Shown here: positions 13,659 to 23,556 of the stretch, piece after piece | Layout of the letters: every line of letters begins with the position of its first letter | How positions within the stretch are numbered: position 1 is the stretch's first letter | Assembly (NCBI GenBank): GCA_027326105.1 | Contig: DAHWFB010000114.1 | Span: 33,365-97,364, forward strand | From: Acetobacteraceae bacterium | Lineage (GTDB): Bacteria; Pseudomonadota; Alphaproteobacteria; Acetobacterales; Acetobacteraceae | Length of the DNA stretch: 64,000 nucleotides | Direction: 5' to 3' | Notes under the pieces: generated by a model | The model's database searches: none | What the model saw: the letters and a program-made list of their open reading frames with translations, nothing else | Told to the model about the DNA's origin: nothing | Made by a program: the position numbers and the translations under genes

Positions 13659-14584
13659 GGTCCGGACTCCCGCACGATCCGTCGCCCGATGCGGTGGATT
13701 TCCCATTCCAGCGTCACCCCACTCGCGACGCATACCCGCCGCCGCACCTCCTCGCCCAGGGATTCCAGATCACCGGCCGTCGCCGATCCCGTATTGATGA
13801 GGAAATTGCAGTGCTTCTGGCTCACCACAGCACCGCCGACGGTGATGCCCCGGCAGCCCGCCGCATCGATCAGTTCCCAGGCCTTCATGCCAGGCGGATT
13901 GCGGAAAGTGGAGCCGCCGGTGCGGGCGCGCACCGGTTGGCTCGCCTCACGCGCGGCACGGATTTCGGCCATGCGGGCGGCGATCATCGAGCGTTCACCG
14001 GGACGCGCGCGCAACCGCGCCGCGGTCACCACCGCTCCCGGCGGCAGCCGTGCAGTGCGATAGGCGAGCGTGAGACGCTCGGCAGGCAGCCGCAAGCTCT
14101 CCCCGCTGCGAGTAATGATGTCCACCCACTCCAGGCAGGAGCGCAGGTCCGCGCCATAGGCGCCGGCGTTCATCACCACCGCGCCGCCGATCGAGCCAGG
14201 AATCCCGGAAAGGAATTCCAACCCTTCGAGCCCCGCGGCGGCTGCGGCCTCGGCTACGGTGGCGTCGCGTGCCGCCGCACCTGCCGTCACCCCTCCGGCA
14301 TCGACCGCGATCCCGCCGAAGCTCCGTCCAAGCCGCACCACCACACCGTCGATCCCACCGTCGCGGATGATGAGGTTGGAGGCTGCACCGAGCACGGTGA
14401 GCGGCACCTCGGGTCGAAGCGCTGCCAGCAGCGCCCGCAGGCTCTCCGCATCCTCCGGCCGGGCGAGGAACTCGGCCGGCCCACCTACGCGAAACCACGT
14501 GAAAGGTGCGAGTGGTGCCGCACGGGTAACGCGTCCGCGTAATCCGGCCAGCGCATCCTCGATCGGCGGCAGCGTCGCCATCAT
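13655..14584 (-). CDS. murB: UDP-N-acetylenolpyruvoylglucosamine reductase
   Basis: 309 aa with FAD-binding motifs ([17 protein letters not shown]). It occupies the canonical position between murC and ddl. Confidence 0.9.
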   Translation of the reverse strand: MMATLPPIEDALAGLRGRVTRAAPLAPFTWFRVGGPAEFLARPEDAESLRALLAALRPEVPLTVLGAASNLIIRDGGIDGVVVRLGRSFGGIAVDAGGVTAGAAARDATVAEAAAAAGLEGLEFLSGIPGSIGGAVVMNAGAYGADLRSCLEWVDIITRSGESLRLPAERLTLAYRTARLPPGAVVTAARLRARPGERSMIAARMAEIRAAREASQPVRARTGGSTFRNPPGMKAWELIDAAGCRGITVGGAVVSQKHCNFLINTGSATAGDLESLGEEVRRRVCVASGVTLEWEIHRIGRRIVRESGP

Positions 14585-16014
14585 TGCCCGCCTCCCGCGG
14601 CGCGGCGCGCCTGCAATGCGGCAAGTTCACCGGGCAGTGCGTTGGCCCAGGCAGTAATGTTGCCGGCCCCGAGACAGACCACGAAGTCCCCTGCCCGCGC
14701 AATCGCGTGGACCATACCGGCGAGATCGGCAGGGTCGCCGAGCGGCACCACCGAACGATGTCCGCGCGCACGCAATCCCTCGACCAGAGCATCGCGATCG
14801 ACGCCGGCGATCGGGGCCTCACCCGCGGGATAGACGTCGGCGACGATGACCGTCGCGGCATCGTTCATGCAGGCGCAGAACTCGTTGAAGAGTGAGGCGA
14901 GCCGCGAATAGCGGTGCGGCTGTACCACCGCGATCACCTCACGCGCACCGGCTTGCCGCGCCGCCTTCAGGACAGCCGCGATCTCCACCGGATGATGACC
15001 GTAATCGTCGATTACGGTCACGCCGCCAGCTTCCCCCACCTTGGTAAAGCGCCGCTTGACGCCCCGGAATCCCGCGAGTGCGGTGATTATCTTCTGGTCC
15101 TCTATGTCCATCTCCGAACCCACCGCAATCGCAGCGAGTGCGTTTTGCACATTGTGGCTACCCAGCATCGGTAGTCGGAACGGACCGGCCCGCCGCGCCC
15201 GGCCGCGCGCGCGATCGGCGATCGTCACCTCGAACGTAGCGCCGAGCTTGTCGGCTACCACCCGCTCCGCCCGCACATCCGCCTGCGGCGTGAACCCGTA
15301 GGTGACGATGCGATGATCCGAAAGTGCCGGGATCATCTGCTGGACGCCGGGATGGTCGATGCAGAGCACCGCAAACCCGTAGAAGGGAATGTTGGCGACG
15401 AACTGCCGATAGCCTGCCGCCATCGCCTCCGCCGTTCCCCAATGGTCAAGGTGCTCGGGGTCCATATTGGTCACCACCGAGATCACAGCCGGCAAGCGCA
15501 AGAAACTCCCGTCGCTCTCGTCCGCTTCCACCACCATCCAGTCACCGGCACCGAGGCGGGTGTTGGTGCCATAGGCGTTGACGATGCCGCCGTTGATCAC
15601 TGTGGGGTCGAGCCCGGCCCCTTCTAGCACCGCGGCGATCAGGCTCGTTGTTGTGGTTTTGCCGTGGGTGCCGCCGACCGCCACCGCCCAGCGCAGCCGC
15701 ATCAATTCAGCAAGCATCTCGGCCCGGCGCACGACGGGCAGAAACCGCGCCCGCGCCGCCAGAACCTCGGGGTTATCGCGCTTGACCGCGGTGGAGACTA
15801 CCACCACTTGCGCCTCCCCGAGATGGGCGGGGTCATGCCCTATGGCAATCCGAATGCCCGCCGCGCGCAGCCGTCGCACATTGGCGCTATCGGCGATGTC
15901 GCTGCCCTGCACGGAATAGCCGAGATTGGCGAGCACCTCCGCGATGCCGGACATGCCGATACCGCCGATCCCGACAAAATGAATCGTGCCGATCGATAGC
16001 GGCAGCGCTCTCAT
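14581..16014 (-). CDS. murC: UDP-N-acetylmuramate--L-alanine ligase
   Basis: 477 aa with [18 protein letters not shown] and the Mur ligase P-loop [13 protein letters not shown] overlaps occur on both sides. Confidence 0.95.
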   Translation of the reverse strand: MRALPLSIGTIHFVGIGGIGMSGIAEVLANLGYSVQGSDIADSANVRRLRAAGIRIAIGHDPAHLGEAQVVVVSTAVKRDNPEVLAARARFLPVVRRAEMLAELMRLRWAVAVGGTHGKTTTTSLIAAVLEGAGLDPTVINGGIVNAYGTNTRLGAGDWMVVEADESDGSFLRLPAVISVVTNMDPEHLDHWGTAEAMAAGYRQFVANIPFYGFAVLCIDHPGVQQMIPALSDHRIVTYGFTPQADVRAERVVADKLGATFEVTIADRARGRARRAGPFRLPMLGSHNVQNALAAIAVGSEMDIEDQKIITALAGFRGVKRRFTKVGEAGGVTVIDDYGHHPVEIAAVLKAARQAGAREVIAVVQPHRYSRLASLFNEFCACMNDAATVIVADVYPAGEAPIAGVDRDALVEGLRARGHRSVVPLGDPADLAGMVHAIARAGDFVVCLGAGNITAWANALPGELAALQARRAAGGGQ

Positions 16015-17129
16015 CGCGAAACGTCCGCCCGGGCCAGCGAAAGTACGAGATCGGCGAGACCGGACGCGGCATCGGGCCGCCCCAGCGCCCGCCCCCTTAC
16101 CGCCGCTCTGCGCAGAATCTCCGGGTCCGCTATAAGGCTCTCAATCTGAGTGGCGAGCGCGGCCGGGCTCAGTGCTTCCTGCTTCATCACCCACCCGGCG
16201 CCCGCCGCCGCGATCACCGCCGCGTTGGCGCTCTGGTGATCGTCGATGGCGCCAGGAAGCGGCACGAGGATCGCCGGTCGCCCACTCGCCGTGAGTTCAG
16301 CGACGGTAGAAGCCCCGGCGCGGGCGACGACCAGATGTGCCCGCGCGAGGCGCTCCGGCACGTCGGCAAAGAACGGCGCCACCTCGGCCAGCACCCCGGC
16401 CGCGGCGAGCGCCACCTGCGCTGCCGCCGCATCCTCGGCCCGGCACTGCAGCGCGAGTTCAACTCGCGCCCGCGCGCTGGCAGAAAGTGCTGCCACCGCC
16501 GCCGGAATCACCGTCCCGAACACTCGCGCCCCGAGCGAACCACCGAGTACCAGGAGGCGGAAGGCTCCCGCGTCAGTCGGCGCCTCATAGGGCCGAGCGG
16601 CGAGCGCCGCGATTTCTGCGCGCACCGGGTTGCCAGTCAGCGTCCAGTCGGCAGACTCAGGCACCCGTCGCGTTTGCTCGAAGCTCACCGCGAGAACATC
16701 TGCACGCGGCGCAAGCAGACGATTCGCCCGCCCGACGACCGCGTTCTGCTCGTGCAAAACAAGGCCCGGGCGTGGGTGCCGCGAGAGCGCGGCGAGTATT
16801 GGGGCCACCGCCGGATAGCCGCCGAACGCCACCACCACGCCGGGCTCGAGCCGCGCGAGAATCCGCCGCGCCCGCACCGTCCCGCACGTCAGCGCAAGCA
16901 CCGCCGCCAACCCACGCCGCAATCCGCGCCCCGCCAGGCCGGCCCCGGGCAGTACGTGGAACTCGCCGCCCGGAAATCCCGCCGCGCGCGCCCGCGTGCG
17001 CGCATCCGTCAGCAGCACCACCCGTTCCCCGCGGCTCACGAGTTCCACTGCCAGCGCCTCGGCCGGAAAGAAGTGCCCGCCGGTGCCACCGGCGGCGATG
17101 ACGACAGGGCGCACGCGCGGGGCCCTCAC
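16011..17129 (-). CDS. murG: Undecaprenyldiphospho-muramoylpentapeptide beta-N-acetylglucosaminyltransferase
   Basis: 372 aa with [16 protein letters not shown]. The GTG start at 17129 forms a GTGA overlap with the ftsW stop. Confidence 0.95.
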   Translation of the reverse strand: MRAPRVRPVVIAAGGTGGHFFPAEALAVELVSRGERVVLLTDARTRARAAGFPGGEFHVLPGAGLAGRGLRRGLAAVLALTCGTVRARRILARLEPGVVVAFGGYPAVAPILAALSRHPRPGLVLHEQNAVVGRANRLLAPRADVLAVSFEQTRRVPESADWTLTGNPVRAEIAALAARPYEAPTDAGAFRLLVLGGSLGARVFGTVIPAAVAALSASARARVELALQCRAEDAAAAQVALAAAGVLAEVAPFFADVPERLARAHLVVARAGASTVAELTASGRPAILVPLPGAIDDHQSANAAVIAAAGAGWVMKQEALSPAALATQIESLIADPEILRRAAVRGRALGRPDAASGLADLVLSLARADVSR

Positions 17130-18247
17130 ACCGGATCCCCGTGGTGGCGCTTGCGCGTCAGCGCCAGTGCCATGCCCATCACAAGAGAGACAGAAATCAT
17201 CGAGGATCCGCCGTAAGAAATGAACGGAAGCGTCATCCCCTTTGCGGGAATGAGTTCAAGGGCGGAGGCCATGTTGATGAAGGCTTGCAATCCGAAGCAT
17301 ACGAGCAGCCCGGAAGCGGCGAGCACCACGAAATGATCACTCTCAGTGAGCAGCCGTAGCAGGCCGCGCCACACGATGAAGCCAAAGATGCCGACGATGA
17401 GAAGACAGACGATAAGCCCGAACTCCTCGCCGAGCACCGCAAAGACGAAGTCGGCGTGCGCATCGGGAAGGAAGTTCTTCACCGTTCCCTCGCCCGGGCC
17501 GCGGCCGAACAATCCGCCGTTGCCGAACGCCTCAAGCGCAGTCAGCACCTGGTAGGCATCTTTCATTGTGGGGTGCAGGAAATCATGTACTCGGGACCGG
17601 ACATGGGCGAAAGCCAGCCACGCGCCGGCGCCCGCCGCCACAAACATCCCGAGACCGGCGCCAACCAACCACAGATTGAGCCCGTCGATGATGAGCTGCG
17701 CGAAGAATACCGCCGCGATCACCGCCGACATGCCGACATCGGGTTGCGCCTTGAGCAGTGCCAGCACCACGAGAAGTAGTCCGAACGCGATGGCGAGTCC
17801 CGGAAACCGCGGCTGACGCCGCCGCTGCGCGAGGAGCCATGCCGTGATGACTGCGAAGCAGGGTTTGAGGAATTCGCTAGGCTGCACGGCGAAGCCGGGC
17901 AAGGCGATCCAGCGACGCGCGCCCTTGATCTGTACGCCGCCGACCAGGGTATAGGCGGTCAGAAGCAACGCAGCGATTCCACCCAGAAGTGCGAGGCGGC
18001 GGATCTCTCGCGGCGAGAGGGTCGAGACCGCCACCACAACCAACCCACCCACTGCCAGGAACAGCATCTGCTTGACGATCAACGCGTCCCGCGCATCCCC
18101 GATACGCACGGCGACCGCGGGACTTGCCGCCAGTACCATGATGTAGCCGAAGCCGAGCAGCAGCCCGACCGCGATCAGCGTCGGCCGATCAAGACTCCAC
18201 CACCAGCGTCCGAGCAGCGAGGTATCGGCGCGATCAAGAGCTGGCAT
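17126..18247 (-). CDS. ftsW: Peptidoglycan glycosyltransferase FtsW (SEDS family)
   Basis: The internal ATG at 18247 ([21 protein letters not shown]...) opens a multi-TM SEDS protein. It ends with the LPFISYGGSS motif and sits between murD and murG. Confidence 0.9.
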   Translation of the reverse strand: MPALDRADTSLLGRWWWSLDRPTLIAVGLLLGFGYIMVLAASPAVAVRIGDARDALIVKQMLFLAVGGLVVVAVSTLSPREIRRLALLGGIAALLLTAYTLVGGVQIKGARRWIALPGFAVQPSEFLKPCFAVITAWLLAQRRRQPRFPGLAIAFGLLLVVLALLKAQPDVGMSAVIAAVFFAQLIIDGLNLWLVGAGLGMFVAAGAGAWLAFAHVRSRVHDFLHPTMKDAYQVLTALEAFGNGGLFGRGPGEGTVKNFLPDAHADFVFAVLGEEFGLIVCLLIVGIFGFIVWRGLLRLLTESDHFVVLAASGLLVCFGLQAFINMASALELIPAKGMTLPFISYGGSSMISVSLVMGMALALTRKRHHGDPV

Positions 18248-19617
18248 CAGGCGGTCCTCCCTGCGGCAAGCCCCGCCACCAAGGCCGCGAACCGCGCCCC
18301 GCGCGCCTCGAAGGAGGTGAACTGGTCGAAGCTCGCGCAAGCGGGAGAGAGCAGCACTACCGGCGCACCTTCTGCCCGCGCAGCGGCGAACGCCGCAGGA
18401 ACCGCCGACTCGATCGTCTCGACGATGCGATGGCGCACCCCGTGCGCGGAGAGCGTCGCGGCGAGCGCGGGCGCGTCGCGCCCGATCACCAGCGCCTCCG
18501 CAATGCGGGGAAAGAACGGGGCAAGCGGCTCGATCCCCCCCGCCTTGGCGATCCCACCGGCGATCCACACAACCCGCGGATAGCAGGCCAGGGCGCGCGC
18601 GGCCGCATCCGCGTTGGTTGCTTTGCTGTCGTTAACGAACAGCACGCCGCCAACCTCACCCACCCGCTGCTGGCGATGCGCGAGCCCCGGAAAGTTCGCG
18701 ATCCCGCGCGCGATTTCCGCCCGCCCGATGCCGAATGTAGCGGCCATCGCTGCTGCCGCGGCGGCGTTCTGCGCATTGTGCGGCCCGGGCAAAGCGCGGG
18801 CCTCGGCCATGGCGAGGATCGGCCCCGTCGAGCAGCGCAGCCACCCCCCGGCGCATCCCACATCGGCATCGGTCCCGCCGGAAATCCGCAGCAACCGTGC
18901 CGGCCGGCGGGAGAGTTGCGCCGCCAGCGCCCGCGAAGCCGCATCGTCGACCCCGACCACCGCGACGTCATCCACCCCCTGTCGCGCGAAGATTCGAGTC
19001 TTGGCAGCGACATAGCCAGCCATGTCGCCATGGCGGTCGAGATGATCGGGGGAGAGATTCAACATCGCAGCGACATCAAACCGCAAAGCGGCGATTCGCT
19101 CCAACATGTAGGACGACATCTCCAGAACATAAATTCCGTGATCGGGCAACAACGGCAGCGAAAGCGCCGCCGGCCCCAGATTCGCCCCCGCCGCAACCGC
19201 AACCCCGGCGCCCGCAAGGATGTGCGCGAGCAGCGCGGTCGTCGTTGACTTTCCGTTGGTCCCGGTGATGCCGGCGAACCGCGCCCGCGACCCCGCCGCC
19301 CGCACCGCAACGAACAGCAACTCGACATCGCAGAGGATCGGAATTCCCCGCTCCCGTGCCCACAACGCCACCCGGTGCGGTGCGGGCAGACGATGCGGGA
19401 TGCCAGGCGAAAGCACCAGCGCCTCGGCCTCGAAATTTCCCTCCGCCGGATCGGCGAGCCGCACCCCCGCCGCGGCCTCACGGGCCGCCGTCGCATCATC
19501 CCAGCCGATCACCTCAGCACCCATCGCGGCCAGCGCCCGTGCCGCGGCGAGCCCGTTGCGTCCCAGTCCCATCACCGCGAACCGCCGCCCGGCAAACACC
19601 AGAGGAAAGCCACTCAT
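18247..19617 (-). CDS. murD: UDP-N-acetylmuramoylalanine--D-glutamate ligase
   Basis: The internal ATG at 19617 ([22 protein letters not shown]...) forms an ATGA overlap with the mraY stop. The Mur ligase P-loop GTNGKSTTT is present. The 823-aa listed ORF is an in-frame read-through artefact. Confidence 0.9.
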   Translation of the reverse strand: MSGFPLVFAGRRFAVMGLGRNGLAAARALAAMGAEVIGWDDATAAREAAAGVRLADPAEGNFEAEALVLSPGIPHRLPAPHRVALWARERGIPILCDVELLFVAVRAAGSRARFAGITGTNGKSTTTALLAHILAGAGVAVAAGANLGPAALSLPLLPDHGIYVLEMSSYMLERIAALRFDVAAMLNLSPDHLDRHGDMAGYVAAKTRIFARQGVDDVAVVGVDDAASRALAAQLSRRPARLLRISGGTDADVGCAGGWLRCSTGPILAMAEARALPGPHNAQNAAAAAAMAATFGIGRAEIARGIANFPGLAHRQQRVGEVGGVLFVNDSKATNADAAARALACYPRVVWIAGGIAKAGGIEPLAPFFPRIAEALVIGRDAPALAATLSAHGVRHRIVETIESAVPAAFAAARAEGAPVVLLSPACASFDQFTSFEARGARFAALVAGLAAGRTA

Positions 19618-20693
19618 CGCAGCTTCAGGGTCGCGAGCCCCGCAAGCGCCAGGATCATGGCGATGATCCAGAAGCGGATGACGATGGTCGGCTCCGCCCA
19701 GCCCTTCTTCTCGAAGTGATGGTGCAGCGGTGCCATCAGGAACACCCGCCGCCCAGTCCGCTTGTACCAGAACACTTGCACGATCACCGAAACCGTCTCG
19801 ACCACGAACAGCCCGCCCACGATCGCCAGCACGATCTCGTGCTTCACCGCAACTGCAACCGCGCCCAGCGCGCCGCCCAGCGCCAGCGACCCCGTGTCCC
19901 CCATGAACACCGCAGCCGGCGGCGCGTTGAACCAGAGGAAGCCCAGCCCCGCGCCGATCAGTGCCGAACAAAACACCGCCAGTTCGCCCGCGCCGGCCAC
20001 GAAATGCAGTTGCAGGTACTGCGCGAAAATCGCGTTTCCTACCAGGTAGGCGATGAGCGCGAACACACCCGCCGCGATGATCGTCGGCACGATCGCCAAT
20101 CCATCCAGCCCGTCGGTCAGATTGACCGCGTTGGAAGCGCCCATCATCACCAGCATGCCGAACAGAGGAAATGCCGGCCCGAGTGGAATCAGCACCGCCT
20201 TGAACACCGGCAATGCCAGCCCGCTTCCCAATGCACCACCGGTCGTGCGCATGATCCAGAACGAGGCGACGAGCCCGATCCCGGCCTGCCCCGCAAGCTT
20301 CATTCTTCCCGGAAGACCGCGCGTATTGCGCCGCGTCAGCTTGAGGAAATCGTCGGCGAATCCCAGCGCGCCATAGCCAAGCGTGACCAGAAGTGCCGCC
20401 CAGACATAGGCATTCTCCAGATTGGCCCATAGCAATGTCGAAGTCGCCAGCGCGATGAGGATCAGCGTCCCACCCATCGTAGGCGTACCGATCTTCTCGA
20501 TCAGATGACGCTCCGGTCCGTCGCTGCGGATCGGCTGTCCGCTCTTCTGCAGCGACTTCAGCCAGCGGATCAGCCGGGGCCCGAGCACAAAACTCACCAC
20601 CAGAGCGGTCAGGCAAGCGCCACCCGAGCGGAATGTCAGATAGAGGAACAGGCGCAGGATATGCACATTGCGCGCAAACAGGTCGTAGAGCAT
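19614..20693 (-). CDS. mraY: Phospho-N-acetylmuramoyl-pentapeptide transferase
   Basis: The internal ATG at 20693 (MLYDLF...) opens a 359-aa multi-TM protein with the motifs [13 protein letters not shown] and [12 protein letters not shown]. Confidence 0.95.
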   Translation of the reverse strand: MLYDLFARNVHILRLFLYLTFRSGGACLTALVVSFVLGPRLIRWLKSLQKSGQPIRSDGPERHLIEKIGTPTMGGTLILIALATSTLLWANLENAYVWAALLVTLGYGALGFADDFLKLTRRNTRGLPGRMKLAGQAGIGLVASFWIMRTTGGALGSGLALPVFKAVLIPLGPAFPLFGMLVMMGASNAVNLTDGLDGLAIVPTIIAAGVFALIAYLVGNAIFAQYLQLHFVAGAGELAVFCSALIGAGLGFLWFNAPPAAVFMGDTGSLALGGALGAVAVAVKHEIVLAIVGGLFVVETVSVIVQVFWYKRTGRRVFLMAPLHHHFEKKGWAEPTIVIRFWIIAMILALAGLATLKLR

Positions 20694-22066
20694 CAGCCGC
20701 GCCCTCCGGCCAGCGCATCGACGACCTGCCGCATGCCAGAACCGAGGCTGCCCTTCACCAGTACCGAATCGCCCGCGCGCACGAACTCCGCCACCACCGG
20801 CGCGAGTGCCGCCGCATCCGCCGCCGCCGCGCCGCACTTCTCCTCGGGCAGCAGCGCGAACAGGCGGGCCATCAGCGGGCCACAGACGAACACGAAATCC
20901 GCAGCCTCTGCCACCGCTTCCGCCAATCCAGCGTGCTCCTCCTCCGCCTCGTCGCCAAGTTCGAGCATGTCGCCGAGCACCGCGATCCGCCGTCCGGGCT
21001 GCAAGGCGAGTACCCCGAGCGCTGCCCGCACCGAGGCAGCGGAAGCGTTGTAGCTCTCGTCGAGCAGCAGCGCCTCGCCACCCGCACAGGCAATCCGCCG
21101 CTGCCGCCCACGTCCCGCAAGCGGCGCGAATCCCGCGAGCGCGGCTGCGGCTTTCTCCACATCGGCGCCAAGCGCCGCCGCCACCGCGAGTGCTGCAACC
21201 GCATCCATCGCCATGTGCTCGCCCGGAGCGGCCAGGCGCAGCCGTACCACGGCGCCCGCGATGCGCGCGATCAGGTCGCAGCCTTCCGCGTCACTCTCCG
21301 CTTCGATCAGTCGCGCCTCGGCGAGCCCGCCACGCCCGAACGTCACCACCTGCCGCCCCCGCGCCCGCGCCGCGAGGGTCGCAAGAAACGGCGTATCGCG
21401 CGGCAGCACCGCTACTCCGCCAGGCTCCAGTCCCTCGAGAATCGAAGCCTTCTCTTCGGCGATCGCCTCGATCCCACCCATCTGCCCGACATGGGCTTTG
21501 GCGATCGCGGTGATCAGTGCGACATGCGGTCGCGCAAGGCGGGAGAGTGGGGCGATCTCGCCGGGATGGTTCATCCCGATCTCGATCACCGCGAGCCCTG
21601 CATCCTCCGGCAGGTTGGCCAGCGTCAGCGGCACACCAAGGTGGTTGTTGAACGAGGCCACCGCCGCATGCACGCTCCCGCTCGGCGCCAGCGCCCGCGC
21701 CAGCATCTCCTTGGTTGTCGTCTTGCCGACACTGCCGGTGATCGCGACAAGCCGCCCACGGAACCTCCCGCGCGCGAATTCGCCAAGCCGGCGCAGCCCT
21801 TCGGCGGTATCGTCCACCCGCAACAGGGGTGCGTCCGGCGCCAACCCGTCGGGGATCAGGCTCACCATCGCGCCCGCCGCCCCGCGCGCGAGGGCCTCGG
21901 CCACGAACAGATGTCCGTCGCGTCGTTCCCCGGCAAGCGCCACGAACAGATCACCCGCGCGCAGCGTGCGCGTGTCGATCGAGACGCCGGTGGCGCCGAA
22001 CCCATGCTCCATCCTGCCGCCGCTCGCGATGGCGAGATGCTCGGCGCGCCACAACGGCCCGTTCAC
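20693..22066 (-). CDS. murF: UDP-N-acetylmuramoyl-tripeptide--D-alanyl-D-alanine ligase
   Basis: The GTG at 22066 ([11 protein letters not shown]...) forms a GTGA overlap with the murE stop. The Mur ligase P-loop [10 protein letters not shown] is present. Confidence 0.9.
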   Translation of the reverse strand: MNGPLWRAEHLAIASGGRMEHGFGATGVSIDTRTLRAGDLFVALAGERRDGHLFVAEALARGAAGAMVSLIPDGLAPDAPLLRVDDTAEGLRRLGEFARGRFRGRLVAITGSVGKTTTKEMLARALAPSGSVHAAVASFNNHLGVPLTLANLPEDAGLAVIEIGMNHPGEIAPLSRLARPHVALITAIAKAHVGQMGGIEAIAEEKASILEGLEPGGVAVLPRDTPFLATLAARARGRQVVTFGRGGLAEARLIEAESDAEGCDLIARIAGAVVRLRLAAPGEHMAMDAVAALAVAAALGADVEKAAAALAGFAPLAGRGRQRRIACAGGEALLLDESYNASAASVRAALGVLALQPGRRIAVLGDMLELGDEAEEEHAGLAEAVAEAADFVFVCGPLMARLFALLPEEKCGAAAADAAALAPVVAEFVRAGDSVLVKGSLGSGMRQVVDALAGGRG

Positions 22067-23556
22067 GACACCCCCGCCAGCGCACGCACCACCGCGACAT
22101 CGTCGAAGGCGATCACCTCCCCGCCTACGGTCTGCCCCTGCTCGTGGCCCTTGCCGGCCACCGCCAGTACATCGCCCGGGCCGAGCAGCGCCAGCCCCGC
22201 CGCAATCGCTGCGCGCCGGTCGCCGATCTCCACCGCCCCCGGGCAGGCGGCCAGAATCGCCGCCCGGATCTTGGCCGGATCCTCTCCGCGCGGATTGTCG
22301 TCGGTGACGATGGCGCGCTCCGCTAGCCTCGCCGCCACCGCCCCCATCGGCCCGCGCTTGCCCGGGTCGCGGTCGCCCCCGGCGCCGAACACGACCGCGA
22401 TCCGCCGCGCATGCGGGCGCAACGCGGTGAGCAGCCGCTCCAGGGCGTCCGGCGTGTGCGCGTAATCGACATAGGCGCAGGCGCCGTTTTCCAGCCGCGC
22501 AGCAAGCTCCATCCGCCCGCGCACGCCGCGAAGCACGGGCAGATGCGAAAGCGCGTCGGCAACGCCGAGGCTCTCCGCGAGCGCCGCGGCGAGCAGCGCG
22601 TTCTCCACCTGGAAGCGCCCCGGCAGCGGCAGATCGATCCGCCGCCGCCGCCCAGCCGCTGTCACCGTGATCTCCTGGCCGTCGGCCCGCGCCACCACCT
22701 CGACCAGGCCGATCGCGTCCCCGCCCTCGCCCACGAAGCCGAGCGCGAGCCGCCGCGCGGTAGCGATCGCGCGCAGTCGCTCGGCCATCTCGGGGGCAAG
22801 CGCGGTCGCCGCGAACGCCGGGCTCCCCGGTGGCAGCAGCTCGCCGAACAACCGCAGCTTGGCTGCGCCATAGGCCGCCATGTCGGCGTGATAGTCGAGA
22901 TGGTCGCGGGTCAGATTGGTGAACCCCGCCGCCGCCAGCCGAATCCCGTCGAGCCGGCACTGGTCGAGCCCGTGCGAGGATGCCTCCATCGCGACGCGCG
23001 CGACCCCGGCCCGCGCCAGCGCCGCGAGCGTCGCGGCGAGCGTCTCCGGGTCGGGCGTGGTCAACCCCGGCCCGGGCGCGAATCCTTCGGCATGGAGCCC
23101 GAGCGTGCCGATGCTGGCCGCGCGCTCGCCGCCCGCGGCCCAGATCTGGCGCAGGAACTCCACGGTCGAGGTCTTGCCGTTGGTGCCCGTCACCGCGACG
23201 ATGCGCTCGGGCTGCGCTCCGGCCAGCGCCGCCGCGAGCAGCGCCAGCCGCCGGCGCGGCGCGGGGTCGGTGAGCAGCGGGCGCGGCGGCACGCCGGGCG
23301 GCCAGTCCGTCCCCTCGGGCGCCAGCACCGCCACCGCCCCGCGCGCGACCGCCTCGGCGATGAAGCGCGTCCCGTCCGCGCGGCTGCCCGGCAGCGCCGC
23401 GAACAGATAGCCGGGACCGACCCGGCGGCTGTCCGCGGTCACCCCGCGGATGACGAGCGGACCCACCGCCGCCCAGCCCGGCGCCGGCGCGCCGTCCCGT
23501 CCGCCGGGAGGAAAGAGGCTGCCCATCAGATCACCGAGCCGCCACGCGCTGGCCAC
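22063..23556 (-). CDS. murE: UDP-N-acetylmuramoyl-L-alanyl-D-glutamate--2,6-diaminopimelate ligase
   Basis: It contains VTADSRRVGPGYLFAAL and the P-loop GTNGKTST. The GTG at 23556 preserves the conserved N-terminal RLGDL motif; an alternative ATG lies at 23526. Confidence 0.9.
   Translation of the reverse strand: MASAWRLGDLMGSLFPPGGRDGAPAPGWAAVGPLVIRGVTADSRRVGPGYLFAALPGSRADGTRFIAEAVARGAVAVLAPEGTDWPPGVPPRPLLTDPAPRRRLALLAAALAGAQPERIVAVTGTNGKTSTVEFLRQIWAAGGERAASIGTLGLHAEGFAPGPGLTTPDPETLAATLAALARAGVARVAMEASSHGLDQCRLDGIRLAAAGFTNLTRDHLDYHADMAAYGAAKLRLFGELLPPGSPAFAATALAPEMAERLRAIATARRLALGFVGEGGDAIGLVEVVARADGQEITVTAAGRRRRIDLPLPGRFQVENALLAAALAESLGVADALSHLPVLRGVRGRMELAARLENGACAYVDYAHTPDALERLLTALRPHARRIAVVFGAGGDRDPGKRGPMGAVAARLAERAIVTDDNPRGEDPAKIRAAILAACPGAVEIGDRRAAIAAGLALLGPGDVLAVAGKGHEQGQTVGGEVIAFDDVAVVRALAGVS

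Noticed and set aside
18247-20718. 823-aa murD ORF, and likewise the 755-aa murF, 791-aa ftsL, 539-aa rsmH and 928-aa ftsI ORFs, which look like giant fusion proteins
   Set aside because: The N-terminal extensions run through the upstream gene in a different frame and have no homology-like features. Each true start is an internal ATG or GTG that forms a 1-4 nt overlap with the upstream stop and reproduces the family-typical N-terminus.
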